Numbered from the stretch's first letter, positions 10,573-27,500 are shown. The stretch is 64,000 nt of DNA from Eledone cirrhosa (GCA_964016885.1 OZ024744.1:71982001-72046000); one strand, 5' to 3'. Made by a program: numbers and translations. Notes: generated from the letters alone by a model not told the origin.

Positions 10573-11165
10573 CATCCATCCTCCATACATCCATACATCC
10601 ATTCATCCTTCACCCATACATCCATCCATCCATCCTCCATGCATCCATCCATCCTCCATCCATACATCCATCCATCCATCCTCCATCCATACATCCTCCA
10701 TACATCCATCCATCCATCCTCCATCCATACATCCTCCATATATCCATCCTCCGTCCAACCATCCATCCATCCTTCACCCATACATCCATACATCCATCCA
10801 TCCATCCATCCATCCTCCATCTATACATCCATCCATACATCCTCCATACATCCATCCTCCATCCATACATCCTCCATACATCCATCCTCCGTCCAACCAT
10901 CCATCCATCCTTCACCCATACATCCATCCATCCTCCATACATCCATGCATCCATCCTCCAACCATCCATCCATACATCCATCCATCCTCCTACCATCCAT
11001 CCATGCATCCATCCTCCATCCATCTATCCATACATCCACCATCCATCCTCCATCCATCCTCCATACATCCATCCATACATCCTCCATCCTCCATCCGTCC
11101 ATCCATACATCCATCCATCCTCCATCCATCCTCCATCCATACATCCATCCATCCTCCATCTTCCA
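10573..11165. repeat. (CCAT)n-derived degenerate satellite
   Basis: CCAT/CCT/ACAT units with an internal higher-order duplication. Confidence 0.95.
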
Positions 11166-11231
11166 TTGCGCTATTATTTTAAAGTAGTGACTATGTCACT
11201 TACTTCTTTTTTCAGCAAAAGAAGGGAGATA

Positions 11232-11273
11232 AGCTGACAGATCTGTTTCACACTGTTGGTGTTCATCAGAGCC
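11232..11273 (-). ncRNA. Type I hammerhead ribozyme (R2, inverted copy)
   Basis: Minus strand: GGCT-CTGATGA-ACAC-caaca-GTGT-GAAA-CAGATCTG-TC-AGCT. Confidence 0.8.
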
Positions 11274-11551
11274 TAGCACTCGCCGACCTCTGCCGAAAAT
11301 TATAAAGGCTGGATTCTTATAGAATTCCAGTAATAATCAGGAACTGATTATACAGAGGGATTGCCGGTCCAGCAAACATTGAAAATTAGGATGTATGTAT
11401 AGTATGTATACATCGCTATTTCAGAGCACCAATCCTAATTTTCAATTTTTGCTGGACCGGCAATCCCTCTGTATAATCAGTTCCTGATTATTACTGGAAT
11501 TCTATAAGAATCCAGCCTCTATAATTTTCGGCAGAGGTCAGCGCGTACGTT

Positions 11552-11592
11552 GCTCTGATGAACACCAACAGTGTGAAACAGAATCTGTCAGC
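11552..11592 (+). ncRNA. Type I hammerhead ribozyme (R2)
   Basis: GCT-CTGATGA-ACAC-caaca-GTGT-GAAA-CAG-aat-CTG-TC-AGC. Confidence 0.82.
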
Positions 11593-11879
11593 TTCTCTCC
11601 GTTCCTTTGCTGAAAAAAGAAGTAAGTGACATAGTCACTACTTTAAAATAATAGCGCAAGGTCTTCAAAATGTTTTTAATTAAACATACAGTATATTGCC
11701 AAATATACTATACATACATTCATGTATACATCGCTATTTCAGAGCACCAATCTAATTTTATATATATATATATATAAAGGGACATAAAATGTTCTTTGTA
11801 ATTTAATTATAAATATTTATCCATTATTCAATCGTATTGCGAGCATTCAACTTAATTTCATGGTCAAATTAATGTAACC

Positions 11880-12200
11880 TTTGTGCTTCCATCCCACGCC
11901 TCCCAGGACAGGTCGTAGGCCCACAACAGTTCTCGCCTCCTTGGATGGAGAATACAATATATGTTTCGAACAGGCCCTGTGGGAAAGGTTATGTATCGTG
12001 AGAACCCCAAAAAGGTCTGGAAGGAAGCAAACCTTGAGAATTGGTAAGTGGGGCGTTTCAACCCTTACAGGCAAGAAACAAGAACTAGTGGAGGTGACCA
12101 AATGCTACTGGCTGGATATTGTCGGATTTCCTTTTCCCCAAAGTTCCGTGGCTCTGGTACCGTAGATTTGAGTGGAGGATGGAAACTCCGCTATTCAGGG
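11880..12200 (+). pseudogene. RTE-clade LINE 5' fragment (start of APE endonuclease)
   Basis: LRIGKWGVSTLTGKKQELVE...YWLDIVG...GSGTVDLSGGWKLRYSGV across a frameshift. Resembles RTE/Expander APE N-termini. Confidence 0.65.
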
Positions 12201-12264
12201 GTTGTTACTGTTGTCGTCGTTGTTTTTGTTACATTGTTTTAGTCCTTTGCCTGTGTTCTATTTG

Positions 12265-12331
12265 TTGTTATAGTGTCGTTGCTTGAAATGTTGTTGCTAT
12301 TACCACTGTTGCTGTTGCTGCTGCTGTTATT

Positions 12332-12423
<92 letters not shown>

Positions 12424-12735
12424 CGTTGTCGTCGTCGTCGTTGTTGCTGTTGTTGTTATTGTTGTTATTATTGTTGTCGTTGTTGCTGTTGTTATTGTCG
12501 TTTCCGTTGTTTCTGCTGCTGCTACTGGTAATTTCGTTGTCGCAGCTGTTGCTGCTGCTGCTTTTGTTGTTGTCGCTATTGTTGCTGCTGCTGCTGCTCT
12601 TGTTGTTGTTGCTATGTTGTTGTTGCTGCTGTTTTTGTTGCCGATGCTGTTTTGCTGCTGCTTTTGTTGTTGCTGTTTTTGCTGCTTCTGCTTTTGTTGT
12701 CGATGGTGTTGTTGCTGTTGTTGTTGCTGCAGCTG
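12265..12735. repeat. Compound (TTG/CTG/TCG)n triplet repeat
   Basis: Direct reading. Confidence 0.95.
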
Positions 12736-13034
12736 CCACTGATTTTTTACAATTTCACTGTTCTGCGGATAGCTGGCTCTCCTGGTCAGCCGAAGAACAG
12801 TTTTCATCAGACATCTTTCTTTTTGCAACAAAAATCGAGAGGCCTGTTTGCTAAACTATCTCGGTTTAGACCCAAATGTTAAAATGGAGAAATGTTGCCT
12901 TTCATCCTTACGGGGTAGATAAAATAAAGTACCAGTAATGCACTGGGTATTTGCTGGCCTTGTGCCAAAAAGTAGAAACAGTTAAATAAACTTAACAAAA
13001 ATAAAAATTCCTGACATTCAATAATTCTTTATAC

Positions 13035-15577
<2,543 letters not shown>

Positions 15578-15849
15578 GTTTAGGTAGAGGGGGAAGAAGG
15601 GGATATACACAATTGGCGGAAGAAGGACGATACTGTGTTAGTAGTACGACCAACGGCTGCTATCACACCAACAGGAGCAAAAACAACAACAAAAAAGAGA
15701 GGGAACGCAATTACATGCTTTTGAAAAATCTTAATGGAAAATGATTTGCCTAAGTACAAAATGTAGACACCATCCCCAGGCCGAGGTATTCCGTACTTCT
15801 CTGTACTGTTTCAGAAAGGAGGGATAAACATGCCAATCTATGCTTAGAA

Positions 15850-15878
15850 GCCCGAGCAACGCCGGGCCATTCTGCTAG
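15850..15878 (+). mobile_element. Helitron-type 3' terminus
   Basis: GC hairpin GCCCGAGCAACGCCGGGC followed 7 nt later by CTAG|T. Confidence 0.6.
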
Positions 15879-15879
15879 T

Positions 15880-15911
<32 letters not shown>

Positions 15912-16369
15912 ATATATATATATATGTGTGAATGCGTGGTGTGTGTGTGTGGGGGGGGGGCGTTGTATCTTAAGCAGCCATTTTAAAGTTGGCGGCCAGA
16001 TTCCTCGAGTGAGATATTGTCTCATTCGAATTGTTTCTCAGCAGGCCATTCTAAAACGAGGACTATTTCATCGTCGTTTGGAATTCGGTGATGCCTTTAC
16101 AAGTAGATATCTCACATTCAGAATTCCACGTAAAGAGCACTATTTACTAGTTGGCTATAAATCTTACGTTGTTAGCTTAACAACTTCCATACATAGTAGA
16201 CCCTACATGCAAAAGGTAAATGAAGAAAATAAACTAAAATGATGACAACATCAATGACGGCGACAAAGACGACGATGTTATAAACATCAACAATAACAAC
16301 AATAATACCAACATCAACAAGAACGATTACAACAGCAACAGAAGCAACAACACATTCAACAACAATAGC

Positions 16370-16438
<69 letters not shown>

Positions 16439-16454
16439 AACAAGAATAACAATA

Positions 16455-16775
16455 ATAATTGTTTCTACTTTTGGCACAAGGCCAGCAACTACTCAGTAGA
16501 TTACTGGTACTTTATTTTATCGACCCCGTAAGGATGAAAGGCAAAGTTAACCTCGGCGGGATTTGAACTCAGAATGGCAATAATAATGGTTTCTTATATA
16601 GGCATAAAACCAATAATTTGGGGGGAGGGGATAGTCGATTAAATCGACCCCAGTTTGTGACTGGTACTTTATTTTATCAACCGCGTAAGGATGAAAGATA
16701 AAGCTTACCTCGGCAGAATTTGAATTCACTGGCGCAAAGCATCTTTTCCGACCCTCTACGTATAATCCACCAATC
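16455..16775 (-). mobile_element. Two adjacent Nin-type SINE copies
   Basis: Core and B-box each present twice. Confidence 0.75.
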
Positions 16776-16779
16776 CAGC

Positions 16780-16820
<41 letters not shown>

Positions 16821-16824
16821 TAAT

Positions 16825-17925
16825 AGATACTTAAATTTGAAGGAAGCATTGGAACATCTGGTCATTTGTTATGAAAGACAAGTGTTCCCTGGCTCAGTAG
16901 TAGGGATCCGGCTGTCATCCAAATACTTCTGATGTTGGAGGAAGAAGAAGGAACGAGGCAAAAACCAACTGACAAAGGAATTGAATAAAACTGTAATGAA
17001 CTGTTATCTGAAGAGTGATCTCAATAAGAATGGTTATAAGAAACGAATACATAACACCAGGAACGATATTGATCTATTTAAATTAGGTCAACAAAAACTA
17101 ACTGGTGAATAAGTGACTTGGAATTGGATGAACTGCGTAGAAAGATTAAGCTGGAAATGGAAAGTGGAGTAGATCAGGCAAATGAGCCTGTAGAAAATGA
17201 GAGTGAAGTGGTTGGGAGACCTGAGGAAGTAACCAAAGAAGACAATTTAGGATAAATAACATCCTGAGTAAGGATACGACCATTGAGAAAATGAACGCTG
17301 CGGACTAGGGCAAGATTTTGTTGATATTCAGAATGGATGAAATGGATAATGATATTGAAAAACCTATGAATCTAAGATTTGTAAACAGAAAAAAAGTTAA
17401 AAGAAACGTCATCTAATGTAAAGAGGGTCATCCAATACCTTGAGGCGAAGAAGCAATATCTTCAAAGCAGCCGCAAAAGTGGTGAAAAAATTGTTTGGTA
17501 TCAAAACAAGGCAAAACAGATGGGAAACGACAGGGCGTTTGTGGAAGGAGCGGTTGAATGATCAAATCAAAGAAATAAGAATGAACATCGGGAGACTTTA
17601 TTAAACGGGACTTTACAAAACATAGATACTAAGGATAGATTTTCAAGGAAATACAACACAAAGTGGAAAGGGTTAAATGTTGTAAATGAGGAACTAAAAC
17701 AGCGTGTCATAGCCGATAGTGCAATCCTTAAAAAATATGAGAGCAGAGTTAGTCAGAATAGCCAAAACTACATTTTTGACAACGACTGGAAGATGTTATT
17801 TAAACAGCTAGAAGGGAAAGAAAGAGGTAACTATGCTATCCCTGAGGCTGAAAAGACCAACGCATTTTGGCGAAGGATAAGGGAGCAGGATGTTGAGCAT
17901 AATAGTCGGGCAAATTGGATAGGGA
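16825..17925 (+). pseudogene. R4/Dong-clade non-LTR retrotransposon 5' fragment
   Basis: VMNCYLKS...GYKKRI and EELKQRVIA...KKYESRV...NYIFDND...LFKQLEG...PEAEKTNAFWRRI. Follows an (AAT)n tract, the usual Dong target. Confidence 0.6.
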
Positions 17926-18340
17926 CCGTCTTTTCTCATCAGTGTCACGACTTCCCGTTTTACAGGACTGATAATTCTCCCGTTCAGTTGCAGTAGACAA
18001 CACCGAGCATATTATTGAATAGGTCCGGTATGTCTACGTAAAGCTCATAAAGCAGACCATAAAAACCGGGTAATCTATGGCTTGTACAGCCACTTAGGGC
18101 TTCTCGTATCTCGGCTTGTATTGTAGGCTTTTCGTAGCAATCCGCATCTTGTGTCGAGAGTCGTGGGAAGCCATCAAGGTAGGAAGTATACGCCATCACC
18201 GCTTCCGGCTCCACGCTTGCCTCAAACACTGTGTAAATTGCTGCTCGAAAGCCGCAGACATATGCTTGGAATCAAGCAACACGGACCCTCCGTCACGGTC
18301 TGTCAAAGACCGAATTTTTGTTTTGTTGCAACTCCGGCAA
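17926..18340 (-). pseudogene. Tx1-family ORF2 internal fragment
   Basis: YLDGFPRLS...PGFYGLLYELY...VYCN, homologous to ORF2 at about 25790-25990. Confidence 0.8.
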
Positions 18341-18405
18341 GAACATAATCATTTTTTTCTTTCTATTTCATTTTTTTTTCTCTTTTTTTCTTACTTAGTT
18401 ACTTT

Positions 18406-18805
18406 CATTCTTCTTCTTCTTCTTCTTCTTCTTCTTCTTCTTCTTCTTCTTCTTCTTCTTCTTCTTCTTCTTCTTCTTCATCTTCTTCTTCTTCTTCTTC
18501 TTCTTCTTCTTCTTCTTCTTCTTCTTCTTCTTCTTCTTCTTCTTCTTCTTCTTCTTCTTCTTCTTCTTCTTCTTCTTCTTCTTCTTCTTCTTCTTCTTCT
18601 TCTTCTTCTTCTTCTTCTTCTTCTTCTTCTTCTTCTTCTTGAGAGGATCGTGGAGGGCAGAGTCCCCAAACACTCCTTCCAGTGGGTCCTGTCAGAAGCA
18701 ACCATCTCCAACTGATCTTGCTAGATCCCCAAGTGAGACCAGCCAAGCTCATGGATGTTATCCAACCATCTTGCTCGGGGTCTATCTCTGGGTCTCCTAC
18801 CCTTT
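18406..18805 (-). mobile_element. RTE-clade LINE 3' end with an (AAG)n tail
   Basis: Minus strand KGRRPRDRPRARWLDNI...DRTHWK, followed by about 78 AAG units (18406-18640). Confidence 0.65.
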
Positions 18806-21800
18806 CTATTAAACTTTTTTTATAATCTTCTTCTCAGTCATTGTTTACTCATTGCTTTATTCTTTCTCTTATTCTTTCGTTTCTTCGAAGTTCCTTTCTT
18901 TCAATTTTTCCCTTCAGTTTTGTTTTATTCTTGTTTCTTTCAACTAGTAATTCTTTCATTCTTGTTTTATTGCTTTATTCTTGCTTATAATTTCTTTATT
19001 TTCCATTGTTGATACCATCTGTCAATTGCAACTCCTGACAGAAGAAGATGAGATTTAAATTCAAACTTTTTTTATGTACTCCGACAGGTTAAAAGAGAAA
19101 GTTAACATCAGAGGGTTTGAACTCGGAACGCAGCAAGCCGGAAAAATGCCAACCCTATACTGACACTGCTAATTCTACATACCAAGGCTAGAATTACCAG
19201 AGATTGGAATAGAATCTGCTGCGGTATTTGCTCCTGCTCATTGTGCACTGGGTTCACATTCCACTGACGTCAACTATGCCTTTCATTCATCCGGGGTCGA
19301 TAAGTAAATATCAGTACAGGTCTGGGATAAATTCTTCTCCATTTCTCTCTGAATTTCATCGGTGATTCAAAAGTTCAGCCTTGTCACAGTATGCTATGCT
19401 AATACGGCTTGAAAATTCCATTAAATTATATGTCTGTGGAATACTCAGTCGCTTACACATCAAGTTCACATACATGAATCTAATGGCTAATAATTATAGT
19501 TGTTCTTTTATTATTCACAAAATATATATAATAATAAAAATGGTGACGTAATTTTTCATGGCAACAATAAGGCAGATATCTACTCTATAATAGTAGATGA
19601 ATCACTACCTCCTTATGTATAACTGATGCTGTAGCACACCAGGTCCGAACACGGAAGAGCCTAACTCTCACTGCCATCGCCTCCATCTCTCTCGCTCTCC
19701 CCATCTCTCTCTATTATGAGCAAATGGGATCCCATGAGCTGGCCTCCCCACGGCTCCGGCAGACAGAATGGAGAAGGCGTTTCACCGGAGGATGGTAAGG
19801 GAGATGCGCTGGAAGAGCCATTCCATCTCGCGATGCTCACATCTGCGGCTAGTCAGCTCAGTGGTGGTGAGTAGGGTGTAGCCCTAAGCTAAGGATACCA
19901 AAAGTCTCCACTGCTAGGGTCTCAACTGAAAACCTGTCGGAGAGCGACCGAGTTTACCCTCCCCAACCCGAAGTGCAGCAGATCCTGGGTTAGTCGCAGA
20001 CTTTACCAGATTGCCGCTAGAGAATCAAACAGTGGGTCAAACAGTGAAATGTTCGTTATCGAAATCGACGAAAATTCGACCATTTTCTCCTCCATTCAGC
20101 TTTCTTAGTGGGAATGATTAGCCATGTAGTTGTTATCTACCTGACCATTTCTTAAAATATTTCTTTAAAATTGCCTTTCTTTCATATCTACCTTTCTCAT
20201 ATATTTATAGTTATATTTATATTTTAGTTCATTTAGTTTGTAGCTTTCTTGTTTGTCGTTTATTCTGCTTAGGTTGTTAACCGATTATCTAATGGAAATG
20301 TTTTCATTCATTTTTCATTCGTGCTTTTCATACATCTACGGATCTAAAACCTTGGACATATCACCAGTGTTGTATCCTCGACTCTTTATGAGTTTCGAGT
20401 TTTCCAAAATATACCTTCATCCATGTGATCCAATCGACGCTGATTAAGTGCAAGTGGCATACTTGCTTCTGACTCAACTGGTCACTTTTCTTCCGCCATA
20501 GAGATCTAATCGTCCCTCTGCTACTAACACGTTGTTTTCGACGTCTCTACTTTTGTGGATTACGGACAAGACATTCGTTCTGACTGAATATTTAACTTTC
20601 AATCTGTATAATTCTAACTGACAGCCATTGCACACTTTGTTCGTGTTTCCAAAATGACGAACTTAGTCAGTGCAATGGCAGTCATAATAGTGTTAGTGAT
20701 AGCGAGATTGTGGCGCTATTGGCAATGGATGAACTAATAATTTATTGGAGTAGGCAGTGATAGCGAGAATAAAGTAGTGGAGATGAAAATGTTCATGATT
20801 GTGTACGCGTGTACACAAGATTATTCGCGCATGAACAAGCAAATCGTTTACAATTATACACAGCAAAAAACAAAATGCATACTCATATACCTAAACATAT
20901 CTAGACGTGGATACACACAATTCTAACCACATCAATACAGTGAGGTGTACAACAACACACGTTGGTGCACAGATGTACAAGTGTAATTATATATAGATAT
21001 GCATGTATACAGATTCAAAACGAACGCGTTTGCATTACAAAATTAAAAGCAATAAACGTTCATCTTGGTGTATGCAGATCAAACTCAAACCACACAATTG
21101 CATTAACGCACGTCATTCCATTAACACACGCGTGTACAGTTAAACACGCGTATTTGTTGGGAGTTGTGCAGGCATGTAGCATGCATCCTCGAGCGTGTTG
21201 TCTGCGTTCAGTGGTGCACGTGCACATGTGCCGGGGAATGTCTGCATGGCGTTCACGTGCACACTATTTGTATGAACACGTTGACATATGCACCCACGCG
21301 CAAACTCACGCACATGTGCACACACACACACATACACACAACCATATAAATATCTGAATATAAATATATCAAAAGTGTATATTGAGTTCGAAACTCAAAA
21401 TAGCCTCTTACAATTAAATAGCTCAAGGAAAGAAATTTTTCCGGGCTGTGTAATATAATTGAATATAAAAGAGAGATAGACAGAGATATATACATGTATG
21501 AGTATTTTTTGTGTATTTTTTTTATTAATTTATTCTTTTAAATTGAGTCTGGCACACCCTATTGTTCATAAACCCTATTGTTCATAGTTAATATTTTTTA
21601 ACCCTCGCGAATCTGTTCCCTTACGATTTGAACACATATATGTAGATATCTGTGTTTATCTCTTGAATATAAATATATAAAATCTGCACCATAAGCACTG
21701 AGATTATATGTACATTCATAAGAAAAGGCTCGCAGTGGATTTTTTAATTTTTTTGCCTGGTTGTGGGTGGTGGATTATATAAACGATTACAGACGCAAGC

Positions 21801-22235
21801 GCATGCATCCACATAAATATATATGCAAAGATTTATGGATGTCTGTAGGGGAGGTTTTCTTTTCTTTTCTACAGGTGGAAAATATGGTTATATGGAAGGT
21901 TTCTTTCGATGTATATTTCAACGGAATGAAACAGAGCTAGTTCGTCATTTCTATCTGAAATATAGGAAGAAAGCCTTAGGTCGACGACTGGAAAGAGTAA
22001 AAGATCATAAAGACATACAAACACATACATATACACGCACACATACACCCCCATACACACATATATAGAGAGAGAGGGAGTTAGAGAAGGAGAGAGGGGG
22101 AGATGTAACTCTCTCTTGCTCTCTTTCTCTCTCTCTCTTCGTCTCTCTTTCTCTTTCTATTTCTCTTTCTCTCTTTTTATCTTTCTCTTTTTATCTCTGT
22201 CTCTCTTTCTCTTTCTCTTTCTCTTTCTCTTTCTC

Positions 22236-22275
<40 letters not shown>

Positions 22276-22385
22276 TCTCTTTCTCTTTCTCTCTCTCTCT
22301 CTCTTTATCTCTCACTCTCTTTATCTCTCTCTCCCTCTCTTTCTATCTCCTTCTTTCTCTCTGACTCTCGCTCGCTCTCTCTCAT

Positions 22386-22475
<90 letters not shown>

Positions 22476-22712
22476 CCTACCTATCTATCTATCTATCTAT
22501 CTGGGATGGACACACGCGTATAACTTGCTGAGTAAGTTCTGTTTAAATTTCTATAGAAATTCTTGTCTGATAACTTTAATTTTTGTACCATTTTGTAGAG
22601 GGACTGCCAGGTCAAACTTTGATCTGGTCAGTCTCTCAAAATATTCTACGCCTTTAGGCGAAATAGTTAAAAAAAAAATTTTTTCTTGTTGAAAAGTCAA
22701 TATTTTTTTTAA

Positions 22713-24510
22713 ATGGCCGAAGCTTCTTCACCAAAATTCGAAGGAGGAAAGGGGAAGATGAACTTACAGCTTCCCCCTGCCACTGTCACAGTAGCAGAGG
22801 TCAAGAAGATAGGTCAGCCAGAGGAAGAATTCTCTCCACCTGTTAACCGACAACTTGACGTTGCCATGGCAACAACCCAAAGAACCAGCAGCAACAGCAA
22901 CAACAACAACAATGCGACGGACGAAAACAACACCAATAACAATAACAATAACAACAACAAGACCAATAACGGTGACAACAACAACAATGATAACAACAAC
23001 ACCACCAACGACAACAACAACACAAACAAACAAAATTTCTCCTTCGCCGAGACGACAAGGAAAACCCTCGACTATCTGCCAGTAGATATAACAAAAGCGA
23101 AGGAGCTACTGGCGGATGCGAAAAAATATATAGTGTACGGGGAAAATGGTTCATTCACAATCCATTCCCCCCCCCCCGGAACTAAAAAGCCAGAGACTCC
23201 TAAACACGGTCATGTTTAGGACAATCTCGAACAAAAGTAAAAAACCAGCTCAACCATCACAGAGCGAGATAGAGCTGGTTTTAAAAGACGTCATGAAGGA
23301 CATCACCTTCATTCAGAAGGATAGACTCTACGGGAGTCTATCCATTCTCATGAAGGACAGGGACACAGCAGTGAAACTGTCCATCAAACCAATCACATCC
23401 ACCGCATACACCTTCTACCCTACGTACATGGGTAGAAGAACACAAAAAATAAAAATCCACACCATCCTGCCGATTATGGACATATGGTGGGTTTTGACAG
23501 GTTTTCTGGACCTGGAGGATGACATGCTGGTGTCCATGGGAAAGGCATCGGGTGACGCGTTCAGTGGAACGAGCCTCGAACTTGTAGTTCAAATGAGGCC
23601 CGAAAGGATCGCCCAGATCCCTGAACGCGTCATACTGGATGATCTAACCTTCATCAACATTACCGTTGAGGGTAGACGGCCCTCGTGTTACCTCTGCGGA
23701 ACCAGAGGTCACCTGAGGGCTGTCTGTCCCCAACTTAATAAGAAAACCCCAATCCTGCCTACACCACCAACAACTGCACAACCAACACAATCACCACAAC
23801 TACCACTACAAAAACAACCACCACAGCTCAAACCAAAACAAAACAATGTCCAACCCATCCCCTCCACTCAAAAAACCAAAAACAATTTCCAAAACACCCG
23901 TACCGCAAACACAACCCGAAAATATACCCCTCCCCTCCAACGCGGAAGATGACCCTAGTTCGTCGTCAGACGAGGAGGAGCACTTCCACACAATCAAAAG
24001 AAAAAAAAGAAAACACACCTCAGACACACAAATGAAAAAAACCCCTCCCCAAAACATAACACTGACACCAACACAAAAGAGCTCACAACAGCAAACAAAA
24101 AACACCACACAAAAACAAAAACATGCATACACATACATAAATACAAGAAACAAAAAACTGTTAAACATTGTGTACAACAACAATCTAATAAAAACACAAG
24201 GGCCTAACTTCACCCAGGCAGGGGATTTCCCCCACCTCAAAATGATTAAGGCCCCACAGGACACCTATAAAACTTTAAAAAACAATTTTAAAGAGGACGT
24301 GGGTCCCCCCTGCGTCGGGCCCATTAACCGCGTCCTCCTAAAAAAACTATCCCACCCCCTCCCCAAACACCCTCACAACTCCAAGCTCCCCAACCACACA
24401 ACACACTGATGCCCCCACACTTCCACAAACCACCACCCCACCCAACAACCCATCCCCCACCCTAATGGAAATTGTGCAGCCCGATACCCGGGACGCAGAG
24501 AGAGTAAGTG
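22713..24510 (+). pseudogene. Tx1 ORF1 (nucleic-acid-binding protein with CCHC knuckle), frameshifted
   Basis: CYLCGTRGHLRAVC knuckle. Pieces 22713-23219, 23146-23952, 23846-24409 and the C-terminal MEIVQP... segment join across C/A-rich runs, so some shifts may be assembly errors. Confidence 0.8.
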
Positions 24511-24531
24511 CCTTTTCTCTTCACCACCAAC

Positions 24532-27500
24532 ATGGCTATGCTAAGAGTAGGCTGTTTAAAATGCGCGTGGCCATGGGCTCAACTTGGAAGCAAGCAATGC
24601 TTCTAAATGACCTCAGGTCACAACGTATAGATGTGATGGTTATTTGCGAGGCCCGGATCAGCAACGTGCGACAGCTGGCCCCCACCTTTGATGACTTGAG
24701 ATGCACGCATCTCTCTGTCAGCCTGGAGGTGGGGGTGGAGTTGTCGTTCTGCTGCAAAAACATCTGGGTCTCGCAACACAGATGGTACATTTGGACCCGG
24801 AGGGTCGACTAGTGGTTCTGGACCTTGGCAGTGGTAAAGGCGGAGCGTTTAGGTTGGTAGCCGCCTACGGCCCTTTCGGGTCAATGCGGCCGGACTTCTT
24901 CCATCGTCTGGAGACTTTTCTAGGGACGTCCCGCTCCTTGCTATTAGTGGGGGACTGGAATGGTATCCTAGATGCACGCTGGGACTACGTAGGGGCCTGC
25001 CCCGATAGAGAGGGGTGTAATAGCCTCAAAGGGTTAATCGGTCGATTTGACCTGGCCGATAGATATCGACTAGATTTTCCGACTGCGCCAACCTGGACTT
25101 GGGCAAATCGTAGCGGATCATCTAGGTCGTACCTAGATAGGTTCTTAGTTAGAATTAAGGATAAGGACTTTTTAAGTTGTCCAAAAATGCGCATTGTTGG
25201 CTATTCAGACCACAAATTAGTGACCTGCATGGTCAACCTTGACAGAACTCATAGACAGGGCCCCGGTTACTGGAAGCTCAACTTGTCCTTGCCGGCAAGT
25301 AGAGCCTACAGGAATCGGATTAGTACGTTAGTTAAGGAACGGTTGACTGGAGCGATCGTCAACAGCAGGTGGTGGGTATCTCTAAAGAGAGAGATTAGAG
25401 TAGTCTCGATAGAATTTAGTAAGGTTCTAGCTGCGGATAGGAATAGGAAGGAAAGGGAGCTAATAGATAGAGTAGAAGAGGCAATTAGAAGCGGCGACGT
25501 GGCCAGAGTGCTAGCGTCGAGAACGGCTTTGAGCCAGTTTTTCGACGCGAAGCACGAAGGCTGCGTTGTCCGAAGTAAAATACGTGCTCTAGGGAACGAG
25601 GGGACCAAAGCTGTTAGCTGGGCCCGCGTGACAGAGGCCAACAGTGGAACTAAATCCACCATCCGGTCTTTGCGAGACCTGGATGGACGGGCGATTCTTG
25701 AGCCTAAGCAGATGTGTGAGGCCTTTCAAAGGCACTTTGCCCGACTGTTCGGGAGGGGCGGGGAGCCGGTTGGGAACGTGGGCTTCGGTCCATACCTCGA
25801 CGGCCTGCTGCGCCTCTCGGACAGGGAGGCGAAGTCCTGCGAGGAGCCGATTTCGGCCGCTGAGATAGAGGACGTGCTGAGCCAATGCGGCAAACGCAAA
25901 TCCCCGGGTCTCGATGGTCTTCCTTACGAATTATATCTAGCTATGCCGGACTTGTTCCCCGATCTCCTCGAGGCGGTCTACTGCAACTGGCAACAGAACG
26001 GGAGAATTCCCTGTACTGTGACCAAGGGCGTAGTCACGCTAGTGAGGAAGGACGAGAACAAGGGGGACGAAATAAGTAACTTCAGGCCCATAACACTGCT
26101 AAATACAGAGTTACAGATTTTGGCCAAGGTGCTAGTAAAGAGGTTGGCGCTTGTCGTGGGCAACCTGGTGGGAGATGCGCAGACATGCGCTATCCCGTCC
26201 AGGTCCATCCATGACAACCTCCACCTCATGCGATACATCATAGAGAGGGTTGGGAACGAACCCGGCTTTGGTGGGGCTCTGATCAACTTGGATCAATCTA
26301 AGGCGTTCGATAGGGTCGACCATGGTTACCTGGATGCGGTGCTAGCGGCGGCAGGCTTCGGACCCGTTTTCAGGGGCTGGATCACTGCTATGCACAGCAG
26401 CCGCATCTGCTCTAGGGTCAAGGTGAACGGCTACCTCTCGGAGCCGTTCAAAATCGCGCGGTCCATCCGACAAGGGTGCCCTCTCTCCTCCCTTCTGTAT
26501 GTGTTGACTCTCGAGCCACTACTGCGGAAGTTGGAGTTGCTGCAGGGCATCCCTTTGGAACCGGGATTGCGGAAAGCGGTGTCGGCCTACGCCGATGACG
26601 TGACAGTAATGGTGTCGACGGCCTCCGAAATCGAGGCGGTCGGCACCTTACTGGAGGAGTACGAAAAGTTCACAGGGGCTAAGCTGAACCGGGACAAGTC
26701 GATCGGTTTGCAACTCGGCACGTGGAGGGGCAGACCGATGCCCTCCGATAGCGTCGTCGGACGCTGGACGGAGGGCCCGGTGAAGTTGCTCGGGGTCTGG
26801 TTCGGACCGGACCTCCAGGTGGAGAAAAACTGGGCGGAGGTTACGAACAGGGTGTTTGCACTGACCCAGAAGTGGGCCAGTTGCAAACTATCCCCGAAAG
26901 GTCGGGCGGAGGTGGCGAACACCTACATAGCGTCCGTCATCTACTACCGCCTGACCGTAGTGCCCTGCCCAAGGGAAACCCTCACCAAGATGGAGCGCGC
27001 GCTCTTCCAATTCCTTTGGAAGAGGCGGGCTCCTATGGTGAGGAGATCCATCTGATGTCAACACCCTTCGAAAGGAGGGCTGGGGATGCCGTGGCTAATG
27101 ATGCGTAAACACGCATTAAGGCTACGGCACCTCTACGTATTCCTCACCAGACAACCGGTGTGGGCCTCGTTTGTGAGACGAACCTTTCCCAGACTCGTCT
27201 CACTCACCGAGCTGCAATCCTGGGTCAAGCAAAGACCGAGAAAACTGGGCGCCTGGCACACTGAGTGTGCCCAGGCGCTCACCGCCCTCTGGCAGGCGGA
27301 TCCGGTTATCAGTGGAGACTCCACCGCAACATTCTATAGAGGGCTGGTACGCAGCAGGTGCGACGACGCCCTCGGAGAAGCCCTAGACATGGAGGAGGAC
27401 GAACTGGCCAGCCTGTTCGGTAGGACATTCAGCCCGGGACCTATGGACAACTTCCAGAAGTCCCTGGCCTGGCAGTGCTACCGAGGGGCTTTACCCGTTC

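Larger units (their letters stand above)
11165..11760 (+). mobile_element. Retrozyme-like element R2 (inverted piece + 318-nt unit + partial repeat)
   Basis: ATGTATACATCGCTATTTCAGAGCACCAATC at 11404 and 11722. About 11165-11391 is the reverse complement of about 11432-11659. Ends in (TA)n. Confidence 0.75.

Noticed and set aside
19720-19790. HDV-like ribozyme in a GC-richer island
   Set aside because: I could not build P1/P2/P3 in the required order. The island remains unassigned.
23160-23180. Programmed frameshift in Tx1 ORF1 at a poly-C run
   Set aside because: A homopolymer indel or assembly error is more likely, and no second copy covers it.
27053-27055. In-frame TGA at a Cys position in Tx1 ORF2 (possible selenocysteine)
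   Set aside because: Copies 2 and 3 have TGC, this copy has other lesions, and I see no SECIS. A point mutation is simpler.
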